64,000 bases of DNA from Agriterribacter sp. (GCA_044223805.1 JBGALP010000003.1:17674-81673); one strand, 5' to 3'; shown: positions 50,008 through 62,181, numbered from the stretch's first letter. Notes: generated from the sequence alone by a model not told the origin. Numbers and translations are program-made.

Positions 50008-51651
50008 ATGTCTGAAAAAAACGATCTGTCGCCGGTAGAACGCATTAAGATGAAAAGCGAGGGCTTAAGAGGTAAAATAACAGGTGCGTTACGGGAAGAT
50101 GATCAATCGTTGATTAAATTTCATGGATTGTATCAACAGGATGACCGCGACAGGAGAGAAGAGCGCAGCGCAAAAAAATTAGAGTGGCTGTACTCATATA
50201 TGATCCGTTTGCGTTTGCCCGGTGGTTTTATTACAGGTGAACAGTGGGAAGCTTTGCATCATATTGCGGGCAGGCATTCAACTGGGGTGGTAAAAATTAC
50301 TACCCGTCAAACCATTCAACTGCATGGCATATTAAAAGCACATGTTAAACCTACTATACAGGAGTTTAATACCGCTAAGCTCGATTCTATTTCTGCATGC
50401 GGCGATGTAAACAGAAATGTAGTATGCGCGGCGCATCCCAAACATTCACCCATACACGAAGAAATATTTGCTTATGCGGATAAGCTAAGTGTATTAGGTT
50501 TACCCCGTACCAAAGCCTACTACGAAATATGGTTGGATGAAAAACCATTGGTTGATAAAAAAGAAGAAGAAGACCCATTATACCAGGACAGATATTTGCC
50601 ACGTAAATTCAAAATTGCCATTGCTATTCCCCCGAATAATGACGTGGACGTATTTGCTAACGACCTGGGTTTAATTGCGATTGTAGAGAAGGGAAAATTA
50701 AAAGGATTTAATCTTGCAGTAGGTGGTGGATTAGGCGCTACACATGGTAACGCTAATACTTACCCGCGGTTGGGAAGCATGTTGGGCTTTCTTGATAGCG
50801 AAGAAAAAGTACTCAAAGCTGTGTACGAAACCATTACTATTCAGCGTGATTATGGCAACAGGAGCGACCGCAAACTATCCCGTATAAAATATACCATTGA
50901 TAAAATGGGTGTTGACGCGTTTAAAGCTGAACTGGAAAAACGTTGTGGGTTTAAGTTAGAACCAGAAAGAGCGTATGAATTTAATAGTCGCTCCGACTTT
51001 TATGGATGGCACAAAAATCATGAAGGCAAATGGTATTATACTGCTTTTGTAGAAAGTGGTCGCGTGCTGGATGATGAAAAGCAGGCATTAAAAACTGCCT
51101 TTCTTGAAATTGCGCAAACGCGTAAAGCCAACTTCCGGTTTAGCTGTAATCAGAATGTGATTGTGGCTGATGTGGAAGAAAAAGACAAAGCAGCAATTGA
51201 TGCGATACTGAAAAAGTACAGGATTATTGAAACCACAGATAATGCTGGAGCGGTTCGCCGTGATTCAATAGCCTGTGTGGCATTTAACACCTGCCCGTTA
51301 GCGTTAGCCGAAGCGCAACGTTATTTGCCCACACTCATTACTAAGATGGAACCAATCCTCGACAAATATGGTTTGAGTGATGATAATATCAGTGTGCGTA
51401 TGACGGGTTGCCCTAATGGATGTGGAAGACCTTATGTTGCGGAGATTGGTTTTGTTGGAACGGGTTATGGACATTACAACCTGCATTTGGGCGGCGACAG
51501 AACAGGCACGAGATTGAATAAGATATATAAAGAGAATATAAATGAAGAAACCATTCTGCAGGAGCTGGATGGCTTGTTCAAAACATACAGTAAAGAAAAA
51601 AAGAAAACAGAAACCTTTGGTGATTTTGCCAAACGGGTAAACTGGGTATAG
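50008..51651 (+). CDS. cysI: Sulfite reductase hemoprotein subunit
   Basis: KFHGLYQQDDRD, TTRQTIQLHG, YLPRKFK, CVAFNTC, TGCPNGC. Confidence 0.95.
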   Translation: MSEKNDLSPVERIKMKSEGLRGKITGALREDDQSLIKFHGLYQQDDRDRREERSAKKLEWLYSYMIRLRLPGGFITGEQWEALHHIAGRHSTGVVKITTRQTIQLHGILKAHVKPTIQEFNTAKLDSISACGDVNRNVVCAAHPKHSPIHEEIFAYADKLSVLGLPRTKAYYEIWLDEKPLVDKKEEEDPLYQDRYLPRKFKIAIAIPPNNDVDVFANDLGLIAIVEKGKLKGFNLAVGGGLGATHGNANTYPRLGSMLGFLDSEEKVLKAVYETITIQRDYGNRSDRKLSRIKYTIDKMGVDAFKAELEKRCGFKLEPERAYEFNSRSDFYGWHKNHEGKWYYTAFVESGRVLDDEKQALKTAFLEIAQTRKANFRFSCNQNVIVADVEEKDKAAIDAILKKYRIIETTDNAGAVRRDSIACVAFNTCPLALAEAQRYLPTLITKMEPILDKYGLSDDNISVRMTGCPNGCGRPYVAEIGFVGTGYGHYNLHLGGDRTGTRLNKIYKENINEETILQELDGLFKTYSKEKKKTETFGDFAKRVNWV

Positions 51652-51702
51652 TATCGAGTGGCTTAAAGCCGACAGATCAAAGCTGATAACTCATAGCTAA
51701 AA

Positions 51703-53214
51703 ATGAACGAAACAAAAACTATAAAAGAAAGCAATCAATTGTTCCCGGTTTTTTTAAAACTGGAGCAGTTAAGATTGTTGATTGTGGGGGCGGGAAATGT
51801 AGGCCTTGAAAAACTCAATGCGGTATTAGGTAATTCACCTGCTACACAAATAACTGTAGTAGCATTGCAGATAAATGACGCTATAAAAGCAATTGCACAA
51901 CGTAACGCTAATATTACCTTGATTGAAGGCGCTTATACGGAAATGTTGCTGACAGATATTGATATTGTGATAGTGGCTGTAGATGATAAAACATTAGGCA
52001 GAACCATAAGTGATGACGCGCACAAAAAGGGCTTGCTGGTAAATGTGGCTGATACACCTGAATTATGTGATTTTTATTTGGGCTCTGTTGTTAAAAAAGG
52101 GAATTTGAAAGTAGCGGTTTCTACCAACGGCAAATCGCCTACCATCGCGAAGCGCATAAAAGAAACATTGAATGAAGTATTGCCTGAAGAGTTAGATGAA
52201 GTGCTGGATAACATGGAAGCCATCCGTAAGAAAATGAATGGCAATTTTGCGAAGAAAGTGCATGAGCTGAATCACATCACAAAAACACTTTCATTAAAAA
52301 ATAATTACGATTCAAAGAACAACGGAGAACGCCGGTGGAAAAGGATTGCTACATGGTGTCTATTCGCTTTCTTTTTTATGTTCGCGGGTTATTTTGTTTT
52401 ATCATACCTGCCTTTCAATAGTTTGGTCGGTACAATAAGCAGCGGTATCTCCAGTCTCGACAGTAAATTTTACTGGATGATAGCTGCCGGCTTTTTAGCA
52501 CAAATGGTAGATGGTGCATTAGGAATGGGGTATGGTGTAGTGTCAACAACCGTATTGATGTCGCTGGGGGTTAATCTTTCTGCTATCAGCGGCAGTATAC
52601 ACACTGCTGAAATGTTTTCCAGCGGTGCATCGGGTTATAGTCACTACAAGTTTGGTAATGTAAATAAAAAATTATTCAAGGCGCTTTTAATACCGGGTAT
52701 TATCGGTGCAGTAGTGGGCGCTTATCTTCTTTCAAAATTTGGAGATGAGTATAGCAAGTATATCCGTCCCATCATTGCCAGTTATACTATGTTGCTCGGT
52801 TTGCGTATATTAATTATCGCATTCAGAAAAAAGAACAACAAGCCAAAGAAAGTAAAAAATGTAGGCTGGCTTGCCGGTGCAGGTGGTTTTCTCGATTCAT
52901 TTGGCGGAGGCGGCTGGGGACCCTTAGTAACCAGCACGCTCATATCAAAAGGACGCAGCCCACGTTTTGTAATAGGTTCAGTAAGCATATCAGAATTTTT
53001 TATTACGCTTGCAAGTGCGCTTACTTTCTTCTCGCTCATAGGCGTAAGTCACTGGCAGGTAATTGTTGGTTTGATTATTGGCGGTGTAGTAGCGGCTCCA
53101 CTTGCTGCGCGCCTCTCAGGTAAACTTCCCACCAAAACCATGTTCATCTGTGTAGGCATCATGGTTATCTTCTGGAGTATGCGGATACTGTTAAAGGCGA
53201 TGGGAGTGGTTTAG
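51703..53214 (+). CDS. Fusion of precorrin-2 dehydrogenase/ferrochelatase (CysG N-terminal, Met8-like) and a TSUP/TauE transporter
   Basis: LFPVFLKL, GAGNVG, VNVADTPELCDF, STNGKSPT; then AQMVDGALGMGYG, GGGGWGP and multiple TMs. Confidence 0.88.
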   Translation: MNETKTIKESNQLFPVFLKLEQLRLLIVGAGNVGLEKLNAVLGNSPATQITVVALQINDAIKAIAQRNANITLIEGAYTEMLLTDIDIVIVAVDDKTLGRTISDDAHKKGLLVNVADTPELCDFYLGSVVKKGNLKVAVSTNGKSPTIAKRIKETLNEVLPEELDEVLDNMEAIRKKMNGNFAKKVHELNHITKTLSLKNNYDSKNNGERRWKRIATWCLFAFFFMFAGYFVLSYLPFNSLVGTISSGISSLDSKFYWMIAAGFLAQMVDGALGMGYGVVSTTVLMSLGVNLSAISGSIHTAEMFSSGASGYSHYKFGNVNKKLFKALLIPGIIGAVVGAYLLSKFGDEYSKYIRPIIASYTMLLGLRILIIAFRKKNNKPKKVKNVGWLAGAGGFLDSFGGGGWGPLVTSTLISKGRSPRFVIGSVSISEFFITLASALTFFSLIGVSHWQVIVGLIIGGVVAAPLAARLSGKLPTKTMFICVGIMVIFWSMRILLKAMGVV

Positions 53215-53223
53215 AGTTAGCAA

Positions 53224-54023
53224 TCAATTTTCTTTGTGCTTAACCCAATCGACCAGCCCGAAATCTGTTAACAATCTGCAGGGTAAGCCCTTGTCATCAA
53301 ATCCGATATATGTAGCATAACTGCCATCTCCGTAGCCTGTAGCAAATGCTGCAAAGTTTCCTCCCTGAAAATCATACAACAAAAAATTCCAGGTGTTGCG
53401 GTATTGTTCGTGCATCGATTTAAGAAATATTTTTTCCCACAGCTTTCGATTGTCTTTGGTTAGAAGCGAAATATTTTGCCGGCTTTTTCATCAATAAACA
53501 TGCCCATGCCCGCATCTACTCCATATCCATACATGGTATCAGAAAAAATAGAAACAGGTTGTTGCCCTTTCTGCAATGCGAATTCCCATTTTGCTACAGG
53601 ACTGTCGGAGAACACAATCTGACTGAATGCCACACGTTCATCTGTTTTAATTTTAGCAACAGAAAGTTGTACAGGGAATTTACCTGTGGGAAATTTTTGG
53701 GTAAAGGGTGGAAAGTTGTCTAACTGAATAGGGTCACATGCAATCAGCTTTCCCGTTTCAACTTTTAATTTGCCAATCTGTATTTGGAAAAATTGCATCA
53801 GAATGTCGCCGGATATAGCCGTTGAATCTTTGAAAAAAGCTGTCTCGAATATTGCTGGTTTTGCTGTAACTGCATAAGGCCGGATATGGAGCGTGTCAAT
53901 ATTTGCGCCATATATTCCATAACCATATTCGTGTTTTTCTGTGCTATTGCATGAACTGTAAATAGTGATTATAACTGCCAGAATATTACAATACAATAGT
54001 ATGGCGACTTGTGTTATTTTCAT
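53224..54023 (-). pseudogene. DUF4241-like lipoprotein split by a frameshift (possibly an assembly error)
   Basis: ACDP...YGVDAG in the 5' half, TGYGDGSY...LLTDF in the 3' half; adding one T near 53470 gives KIFSLLTKDNRKLWEKIFLKSMHEQY. Confidence 0.75.
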
Positions 54024-54247
54024 ATTCTTTAGGATTAAGCGTTACACAATGCTACAATTTTTGTTGAAATATTTTAGTTTTAGTCATTGTAGCTAGAATG
54101 CAAACTCTCGAAGTTTTATGTTCAAAAAGGTTTTATCGCTTGATAGATAAAAATTTGGCTGTATAGATGCTGCGCAGCAAAAATTACAGCTAAAATCATT
54201 TCCAGGCTTACCTTTAACCAATACCTTTAATCTGCAAACGAAAAGCT

Positions 54248-55609
54248 ATGTCCGGAACATTTTCAAAAATAAAAAGTACGTTTAATCTTTTACGCAGTAT
54301 TGATTTTAACCAATTAGCAAAACTTTCCCAAAAAGTAGATCTGCAGAAAGTAATGGAAGGCTTTTCAAAGCTAGACGATAACCAGTTGAAAATGCTGATG
54401 AAGATGATGGAAGGTGGAGAAAGGAAGAAGAGAGAACTGCCTGTAATAAACGGAGATTTTTATGAACTGCATCTCCGTTTGAATGACGAAGATAAGGCGT
54501 TGCAATTGCGCGTAAGGGAGTTCATGGAGAAGGAGATAAAACCTTTAGTAAATAATTACTGGTTGCATGATGACTTCCCATTTGAAGTGATTCCCAAATT
54601 TGCTGAATTGGGTTTATGTGGTGTTACTTACCAGGGGTACGGTTGCCCGGGTAAATCTTTTTTAATGGAAGGCATTATAGCTATGGAGATGGGCAGAGTA
54701 GATGCCTCTATTGCTACTTTCTTTGGTGTACAAAGCGGGTTGGCAATGGGTTCTATTTATTTATGCGGTTCAGAAGAGCAGAAGAAGGAATGGTTGCCTG
54801 CTATGCATCAGTTGAAAGTAATTGGCGCTTTTGGGCTTACTGAACCAGAAGTAGGTTCCGGCGCTGCAGGCGGACTCACTACTACGGTTAAACGAACAGA
54901 CAATGGGTGGGTATTGAATGGACAAAAAAAATGGATTGGCAATGCCACTTTCGCGGATGTAATTATTATATGGGCAAGAGATGTAGATGATGGAGAAGTA
55001 AAAGGCTTTTTGGTACGGAAGAATACACCGGGTTTGGTTGTAGAAAAGATAAAAGGCAAAATGGCTTTACGTATTGTACAGAATGGATTAATAACACTAA
55101 CCGACTGCGTAATAGAAGAAAAAGACAGGTTACAAAATGCCAATTCTTTTAAAGATACTGCCAAAGTATTACAGATGACCCGCGCAGGTGTAGCATGGAT
55201 GGCGGTAGGTTGCGCAAGAGGCGCTTATGAAAGTGCCTTAGATTATACCCGCAAGCGTAAACAGTTTGGCAAACCGATAGCTTCGTTTCAGCTTATACAA
55301 AATCATTTGGTAGAAATGCTTTCGAATCTTACTGCTATGCAATCTATGGTATTCCGGTTGTCGGAATTACAAGATGAGGGATTATTGAAAGACGAACACG
55401 CCTCTCTGGCAAAAGTGTTTTGCTCATTACGCACAAGAGATATTGTGAGCCGTGCCAGAGAAGTGATGGGGGGTAACGGCATACTACTGGAACATGATGT
55501 CGCCCGTTTTGTGGCAGATGCCGAAGCGATATATTCATACGAAGGCACAAAGGAAATTAATTCATTGATAGTGGGCAGAGCCATTACAGGGTTTAGTGCA
55601 TTTGTGTAA
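54248..55609 (+). CDS. Acyl-CoA dehydrogenase family protein (glutaryl-CoA dehydrogenase-like)
   Basis: FGLTEPEVGS, LNGQKKWIGN, RKQFGKPIASFQ, GGNG, YEGT. Confidence 0.92.
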   Translation: MSGTFSKIKSTFNLLRSIDFNQLAKLSQKVDLQKVMEGFSKLDDNQLKMLMKMMEGGERKKRELPVINGDFYELHLRLNDEDKALQLRVREFMEKEIKPLVNNYWLHDDFPFEVIPKFAELGLCGVTYQGYGCPGKSFLMEGIIAMEMGRVDASIATFFGVQSGLAMGSIYLCGSEEQKKEWLPAMHQLKVIGAFGLTEPEVGSGAAGGLTTTVKRTDNGWVLNGQKKWIGNATFADVIIIWARDVDDGEVKGFLVRKNTPGLVVEKIKGKMALRIVQNGLITLTDCVIEEKDRLQNANSFKDTAKVLQMTRAGVAWMAVGCARGAYESALDYTRKRKQFGKPIASFQLIQNHLVEMLSNLTAMQSMVFRLSELQDEGLLKDEHASLAKVFCSLRTRDIVSRAREVMGGNGILLEHDVARFVADAEAIYSYEGTKEINSLIVGRAITGFSAFV

Positions 55610-55653
55610 AAATTTTTCTGGAACAACGTTACATACAGAATACCGAAAACACT

Positions 55654-56151
55654 GTGCTCTATATGCCAAAGCCAATTGTTGACAAATCTTTTACAATACA
55701 AAAAGAGGGTCGTGCCGGGGGATGGCATTATGTGGTTATTCCAGGCATCCGTACAAAACAGAATGCCAATGCGGGATTGATAAGGGTAAGAGGATGGGTA
55801 GATACATACGAGCTGCGGCAGTTCAATTTACTGCCCATGAAAAATGGTGACATGCTGTTGCCGCTAAAGGCGCCGCTTCGAAAAACGATTGGCAAAAAGC
55901 TGGGAGACAAAGTTCACGTAATATTGTTTCTTGATAAATCTCCCGTTGACATCCCCCTGGAAATACTGGACTCGTTAGCTGATGCGCCTGTTGCCCATGC
56001 ATTTTTCTTCTCGCTTTCTGATAGCAATAAGAAATACTATATAGATTGGGTTAGCGAACCCAAGCGGATAGAAACAAAGGTAAACCGGATTGTTAAAATG
56101 ATTGAGCGCCTGGAAAAGAAAGAAAAATTCTGGGATTGGCCGCAACAATAA
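55654..56151 (+). CDS. DUF1905 plus YdeI/OmpD-associated domain protein
   Basis: GGWHYV, RVRGWVD, LLPM..G, LPLKA..RK.IGK, YIDWV..PKRIETK. Confidence 0.8.
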   Translation: MLYMPKPIVDKSFTIQKEGRAGGWHYVVIPGIRTKQNANAGLIRVRGWVDTYELRQFNLLPMKNGDMLLPLKAPLRKTIGKKLGDKVHVILFLDKSPVDIPLEILDSLADAPVAHAFFFSLSDSNKKYYIDWVSEPKRIETKVNRIVKMIERLEKKEKFWDWPQQ

Positions 56152-56164
56152 CTCCGTTAATACT

Positions 56165-56396
56165 GGAGATCGCTACAATCTTTAGTAACATCTTTTAATT
56201 TATAATTCGTGCAGACAGTCTCGCAAAGACAAGTAAAGTCGGATCGCACTACTTCGCGTCATTGCGATGACACTGGAGTGCGGTTTTGTGCCGAGCTGTG
56301 TCTGAAGCAATCTCCAACCAATAATGGAGGAGATCGCCACGACCGCCACTAAGAGCTTTTAATTTATAATTTTTGTAGGCGGTCCTCGCGAAGACA
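56165..56396. repeat. Cluster of three REP-like units (forward, reverse, forward)
   Basis: GGAGATCGCYAC...CTTTTAATTTATAATT...CTCGCRAAGACA at 56165-56231 and 56329-56396; inverted GTCATTGCGA...GAAGCAATCTCC between them. Confidence 0.7.
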
Positions 56397-56404
56397 GAGA
56401 GGAG

Positions 56405-56470
56405 ATAGTTTTAATCTATATCATTATAGAATCTATCAATTTTTATTATAGGATCAATAGTCTAAGTTTG
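56405..56470 (+). promoter_or_regulatory. OxyR-like binding site and -7 box of katG
   Basis: ATAG-N7-CTAT-N6-ATAG-N7-CAAT (56405-56440); TAAGTTTG at 56463-56470. Confidence 0.65.
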
Positions 56471-56547
56471 TTGGGAATTTGTTGTAGCTGAATAATTTAT
56501 TTCAAAATGGAAAAATTTTCAGTCCAGTATTTATGCTTATTCATTAG

Positions 56548-58830
<2,283 letters not shown>

Positions 58831-58857
58831 ACAGCAAAAAATTTGTAGAAAGATAGC

Positions 58858-58886
58858 AGGCAGCCGGGTAACCGGTTGCCTTTTTT
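58858..58886 (+). terminator. katG terminator
   Basis: AGGCAGCCGG-GTAA-CCGGTTGCCT-TTTTT. Confidence 0.8.
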
Positions 58887-58990
58887 ATGGGCTTTCCAGC
58901 CCTTAAAAGGTTGGAAAGTCTTTCTTTTTTTGCAGATGGCTGCTTTAGCTAAAAAATAATATTTCTCCATTTATTTTGCTATTTTCATAA

Positions 58991-59011
58991 AGTCCACTAT
59001 TTTTGTGGACT
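58991..59011. promoter_or_regulatory. Perfect palindromic operator upstream of the TonB receptor
   Basis: AGTCCAC-TATTTTT-GTGGACT. Confidence 0.65.
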
Positions 59012-59021
59012 AATAAAATTT

Positions 59022-59075
59022 ATGTTACTTATTATGCGTTATACATACTGTCCATGCCGGGCAAAAAATATTTGA
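59022..59075 (+). CDS. Possible Cys-containing leader peptide MLLIMRYTYCPCRAKNI
   Basis: Short ORF between the operator and the receptor gene; only two Cys codons. Confidence 0.35.
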   Translation: MLLIMRYTYCPCRAKNI

Positions 59076-59132
59076 TCCATATCATCTTTTGTTAGTTACA
59101 GCATAATTTTCACCACAATTTTTACAAAAAAC

Positions 59133-62129
59133 TTGTCAAGCTTTTTTATGGCTATACGTGTGTCTTTACCAAAACTTTATGTTCTACCTTTAACCTTTTT
59201 GTTTTTGTTGTTTGTTTCTTTTCAACTGCGTGCGCAGGATAATACCATACTCGAAATATCTGGTAATGTAACGGGTCAGCAGAGTAGCGAACCACTCGGG
59301 AATGTAAGCGTACAGGTAAAGGGTACCGTAGCGGGTACAGTTACTGATAGCAAAGGAAATTTTAAATTCAGAACAAAGGTTAAATTGCCTTTTACTATTG
59401 TTTTTTCTTCTGTAGGTTTTGAGCAGCAGGAAGTGAATGTTGAATCAGTAGGTTCAAAACTACAGGTTGCGCTTTCTACTCAAACTGTGCTGGGTAATGA
59501 AATTGTAGTAAGCGCATCCCGTGTACAGGAAAAAATCATGAAATCTCCGGTAGCGATTGAGAAGCTGGATATACGTGCCATTAAAGAAACACCTGCACCA
59601 AGTTTTTACGATGCGTTGGAAAACGTGAAGGGTGTGCAGATGACAACTTCCAGTCTTACTTTTAAAGTACCCAATACAAGAGGATTTAATATTCCCAATA
59701 ACTTCCGTTTTATGCAGTTGGTTGATGGGGTTGATATGCAGGCTGCTACTTTGGGCGTTCCATTAGGTAATGCCATCGGACCAACTGAATTAGATATTGC
59801 CAGTGTAGAAATTACGCCAGGTGCTGCTTCTGCATTGTATGGTATGAACGCTATTAACGGAATGGCGAATCTTATTACTAAAAGTCCTTTTACATACCAG
59901 GGATTAAGTATATACCAAAAAACTGGTGTAAATCATGTAGATGGTATTGACTACTCACCAAGCGTACTAACTGAAACGGCTATTCGCTATGCGAAAGCTT
60001 TCAATAACAAATTTGCATTTAAAATTAACGCAGGTTACATGCGTGGCACGGATTGGTTATCTAATACCAGGACTGATCAGAATCCCAATAATTTAAAAAC
60101 AGCTAATCCTGCTTTTCCTGAATTAAACGGCGCAAACAACCAGGTGTTTGATGGATGGAATAAATATGGTGATGATGCTCTGGCGGGTAGTAATACTGTT
60201 TCTATAACCGGACTAACTATTGATGGCAAGGCTAATCAAACACTCACCGTTGCACGTACAGGATATTGGGAAAAAGACCTCATTAAACCAGTAGTAGATA
60301 ACCTGAAGTTTGATGCATCGTTGCATTACAAGGTAAGTGATCATGCGGAACTTTCTTACGCTTACCGTGTAGGTAAAATGGATGGTGTTTTTCAAAGAGG
60401 AAATAAAATTCAGTTAGATAACGTAGTAGTGCAAAATCATAAGTTAGAATTGAAAGGCGATAACTTTTTGGTTAGAGGTTATGTATCTATAGAAAACACC
60501 GGCGATTCGTACAATGTAAAACCAACAGCAGACAATCTTGACCTGGCGAGCGGTGGCAGTGGAAGTGCCTGGGCAAATAAATATAAAACGGCATTAAATG
60601 CATATGCTACCAATAACGGTGGAGAATTGAATGCCGCTAACCTGGCAGCCGCCACGCAATATGCGAGGGAGCAGGCTGATGCAAGCCGCGTTGTTCCAGG
60701 TACGCAGGCGTTTAATGATTTAAAAAATACCATCACTAAAATCAATAACTGGGATATTAAATCCAGCGCTATTCCTGATGCGCCTGTTACCGGTGGTTCA
60801 GCGCTTATCCAAAAAAGCCACATGTATCACCTGGAGGGTCAATGGGATCTTACCAAAAAGGTAAAAGTGGTTAATGTATTAATCGGGGGTGATGCACGTA
60901 TTTATGAGATCATTCCTGACGGTAATAATTTCGTTGACTTCAGCCGTCCGATTGATGAGCGTAATAAACCTGTGTCTGTTGATGGAAAAGTGCCTGACTC
61001 CAGCAACTTTGGAAGTAATGTATATTATAAAAAATTTGGTGGTTTTGTGCAGGTAACCAAAACATTGTTTGATGATAAACTCAAGTTGTTCGCTTCGTTA
61101 CGCGGTGATTACAATCCTGAATTTACATTGAAATTTACACCCCGTGTAGCGGCAGTATACACCGTAAATCAATTGCATAATTTCCGGGTTACCTATCAGC
61201 AGGGATATCGGTTCCCAGCTTTGTTTGAAGCGCTCTCTTACGTAAACAACGGTCGTGTAAAAAGGGTAGGCAGCTTGTCGTATATTAATGATGGTCTTGG
61301 TTATCTCGATAACAGCTATACACAATCATCTGTAGTAAACTTTAATGCAGCGGTAAAAGCTGATGGAAATACGGATGCTGCTGCTTTGGCACACAGAGAT
61401 TTACTGGTGGTAGCCAATTTACCTAAAGCCCGTCCTGAAAAAATTAATTCGTTTGAGATAGGCTACAAAAGTGTGGTACTGGATAACAAATTGATATTGG
61501 ATGTAGACGCATACACCAATACCTATGATGGATTTTTAGGACAGGTACAGGTGTTTGTTCCCAAAGGAGAAACTGTAGGATCTGATGCTGCTGTAATAGC
61601 AATGGTTGACAGGAACAGAGATGCTACTACGGCAAATAACGGAAACGCTGCCAGTAAGGGTCAGGATCGTTACCGCGTGTATACCAATGCTAAAAACAAA
61701 TACACCAACTACGGTTTTGCAGCAGGCGCCACCTATATGTTTTACAAAAAATATAAATTAGGTGGAACAGTGAGTTTTAATAAGATGAAATCGAATGAAA
61801 CCAATGATATTTTTGTAACAGGGTTTAATACGCCGGAATGGTCAACCAATGTATCATTTGGAAACCGGGAGATAGTGAAGAATTTTGGCTTTAATATAGT
61901 GTACAGGTGGCAGCAATCTTTTTTATGGGAAAGCCCGCTTGTTACCGGCGAAGTACCCGCTATTCATACTTTTGATGCGCAGGTTAGCTACCAGTTACCT
62001 AAATTAAAAAGCTCCATTAAAGCAGGCGGAGCTAATATTTTCAACAGGCGGTATATTCAGTATGCGGGTGGTCCTACATTGGGCGCATTGTATTACGTGG
62101 CTATAACGGTTGAAAATCTGTTCCAATAA
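59133..62129 (+). CDS. TonB-dependent receptor with N-terminal CarboxypepD_reg-like domain
   Basis: Signal peptide; VQVKGT..GTVTD, EIVVSASR, plug GAASALYG..AING, beta-barrel C-terminus; start may be the ATG at 59148. Confidence 0.93.
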   Translation: MSSFFMAIRVSLPKLYVLPLTFLFLLFVSFQLRAQDNTILEISGNVTGQQSSEPLGNVSVQVKGTVAGTVTDSKGNFKFRTKVKLPFTIVFSSVGFEQQEVNVESVGSKLQVALSTQTVLGNEIVVSASRVQEKIMKSPVAIEKLDIRAIKETPAPSFYDALENVKGVQMTTSSLTFKVPNTRGFNIPNNFRFMQLVDGVDMQAATLGVPLGNAIGPTELDIASVEITPGAASALYGMNAINGMANLITKSPFTYQGLSIYQKTGVNHVDGIDYSPSVLTETAIRYAKAFNNKFAFKINAGYMRGTDWLSNTRTDQNPNNLKTANPAFPELNGANNQVFDGWNKYGDDALAGSNTVSITGLTIDGKANQTLTVARTGYWEKDLIKPVVDNLKFDASLHYKVSDHAELSYAYRVGKMDGVFQRGNKIQLDNVVVQNHKLELKGDNFLVRGYVSIENTGDSYNVKPTADNLDLASGGSGSAWANKYKTALNAYATNNGGELNAANLAAATQYAREQADASRVVPGTQAFNDLKNTITKINNWDIKSSAIPDAPVTGGSALIQKSHMYHLEGQWDLTKKVKVVNVLIGGDARIYEIIPDGNNFVDFSRPIDERNKPVSVDGKVPDSSNFGSNVYYKKFGGFVQVTKTLFDDKLKLFASLRGDYNPEFTLKFTPRVAAVYTVNQLHNFRVTYQQGYRFPALFEALSYVNNGRVKRVGSLSYINDGLGYLDNSYTQSSVVNFNAAVKADGNTDAAALAHRDLLVVANLPKARPEKINSFEIGYKSVVLDNKLILDVDAYTNTYDGFLGQVQVFVPKGETVGSDAAVIAMVDRNRDATTANNGNAASKGQDRYRVYTNAKNKYTNYGFAAGATYMFYKKYKLGGTVSFNKMKSNETNDIFVTGFNTPEWSTNVSFGNREIVKNFGFNIVYRWQQSFLWESPLVTGEVPAIHTFDAQVSYQLPKLKSSIKAGGANIFNRRYIQYAGGPTLGALYYVAITVENLFQ

Positions 62130-62147
62130 TATTGTCATCGTATCGTT

Positions 62148-62181
62148 AAAGGGTAAGCTGTTATACACAAGCTTACCCTTT
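62148..62181 (+). terminator. Hairpin after the TonB receptor
   Basis: AAAGGGTAAGCT-N10-AGCTTACCCTTT. Confidence 0.65.

Noticed and set aside
56165-56396. Repeats considered as a CRISPR array
   Set aside because: Only 2-3 degenerate units in mixed orientation, with no regular spacers and no cas genes.
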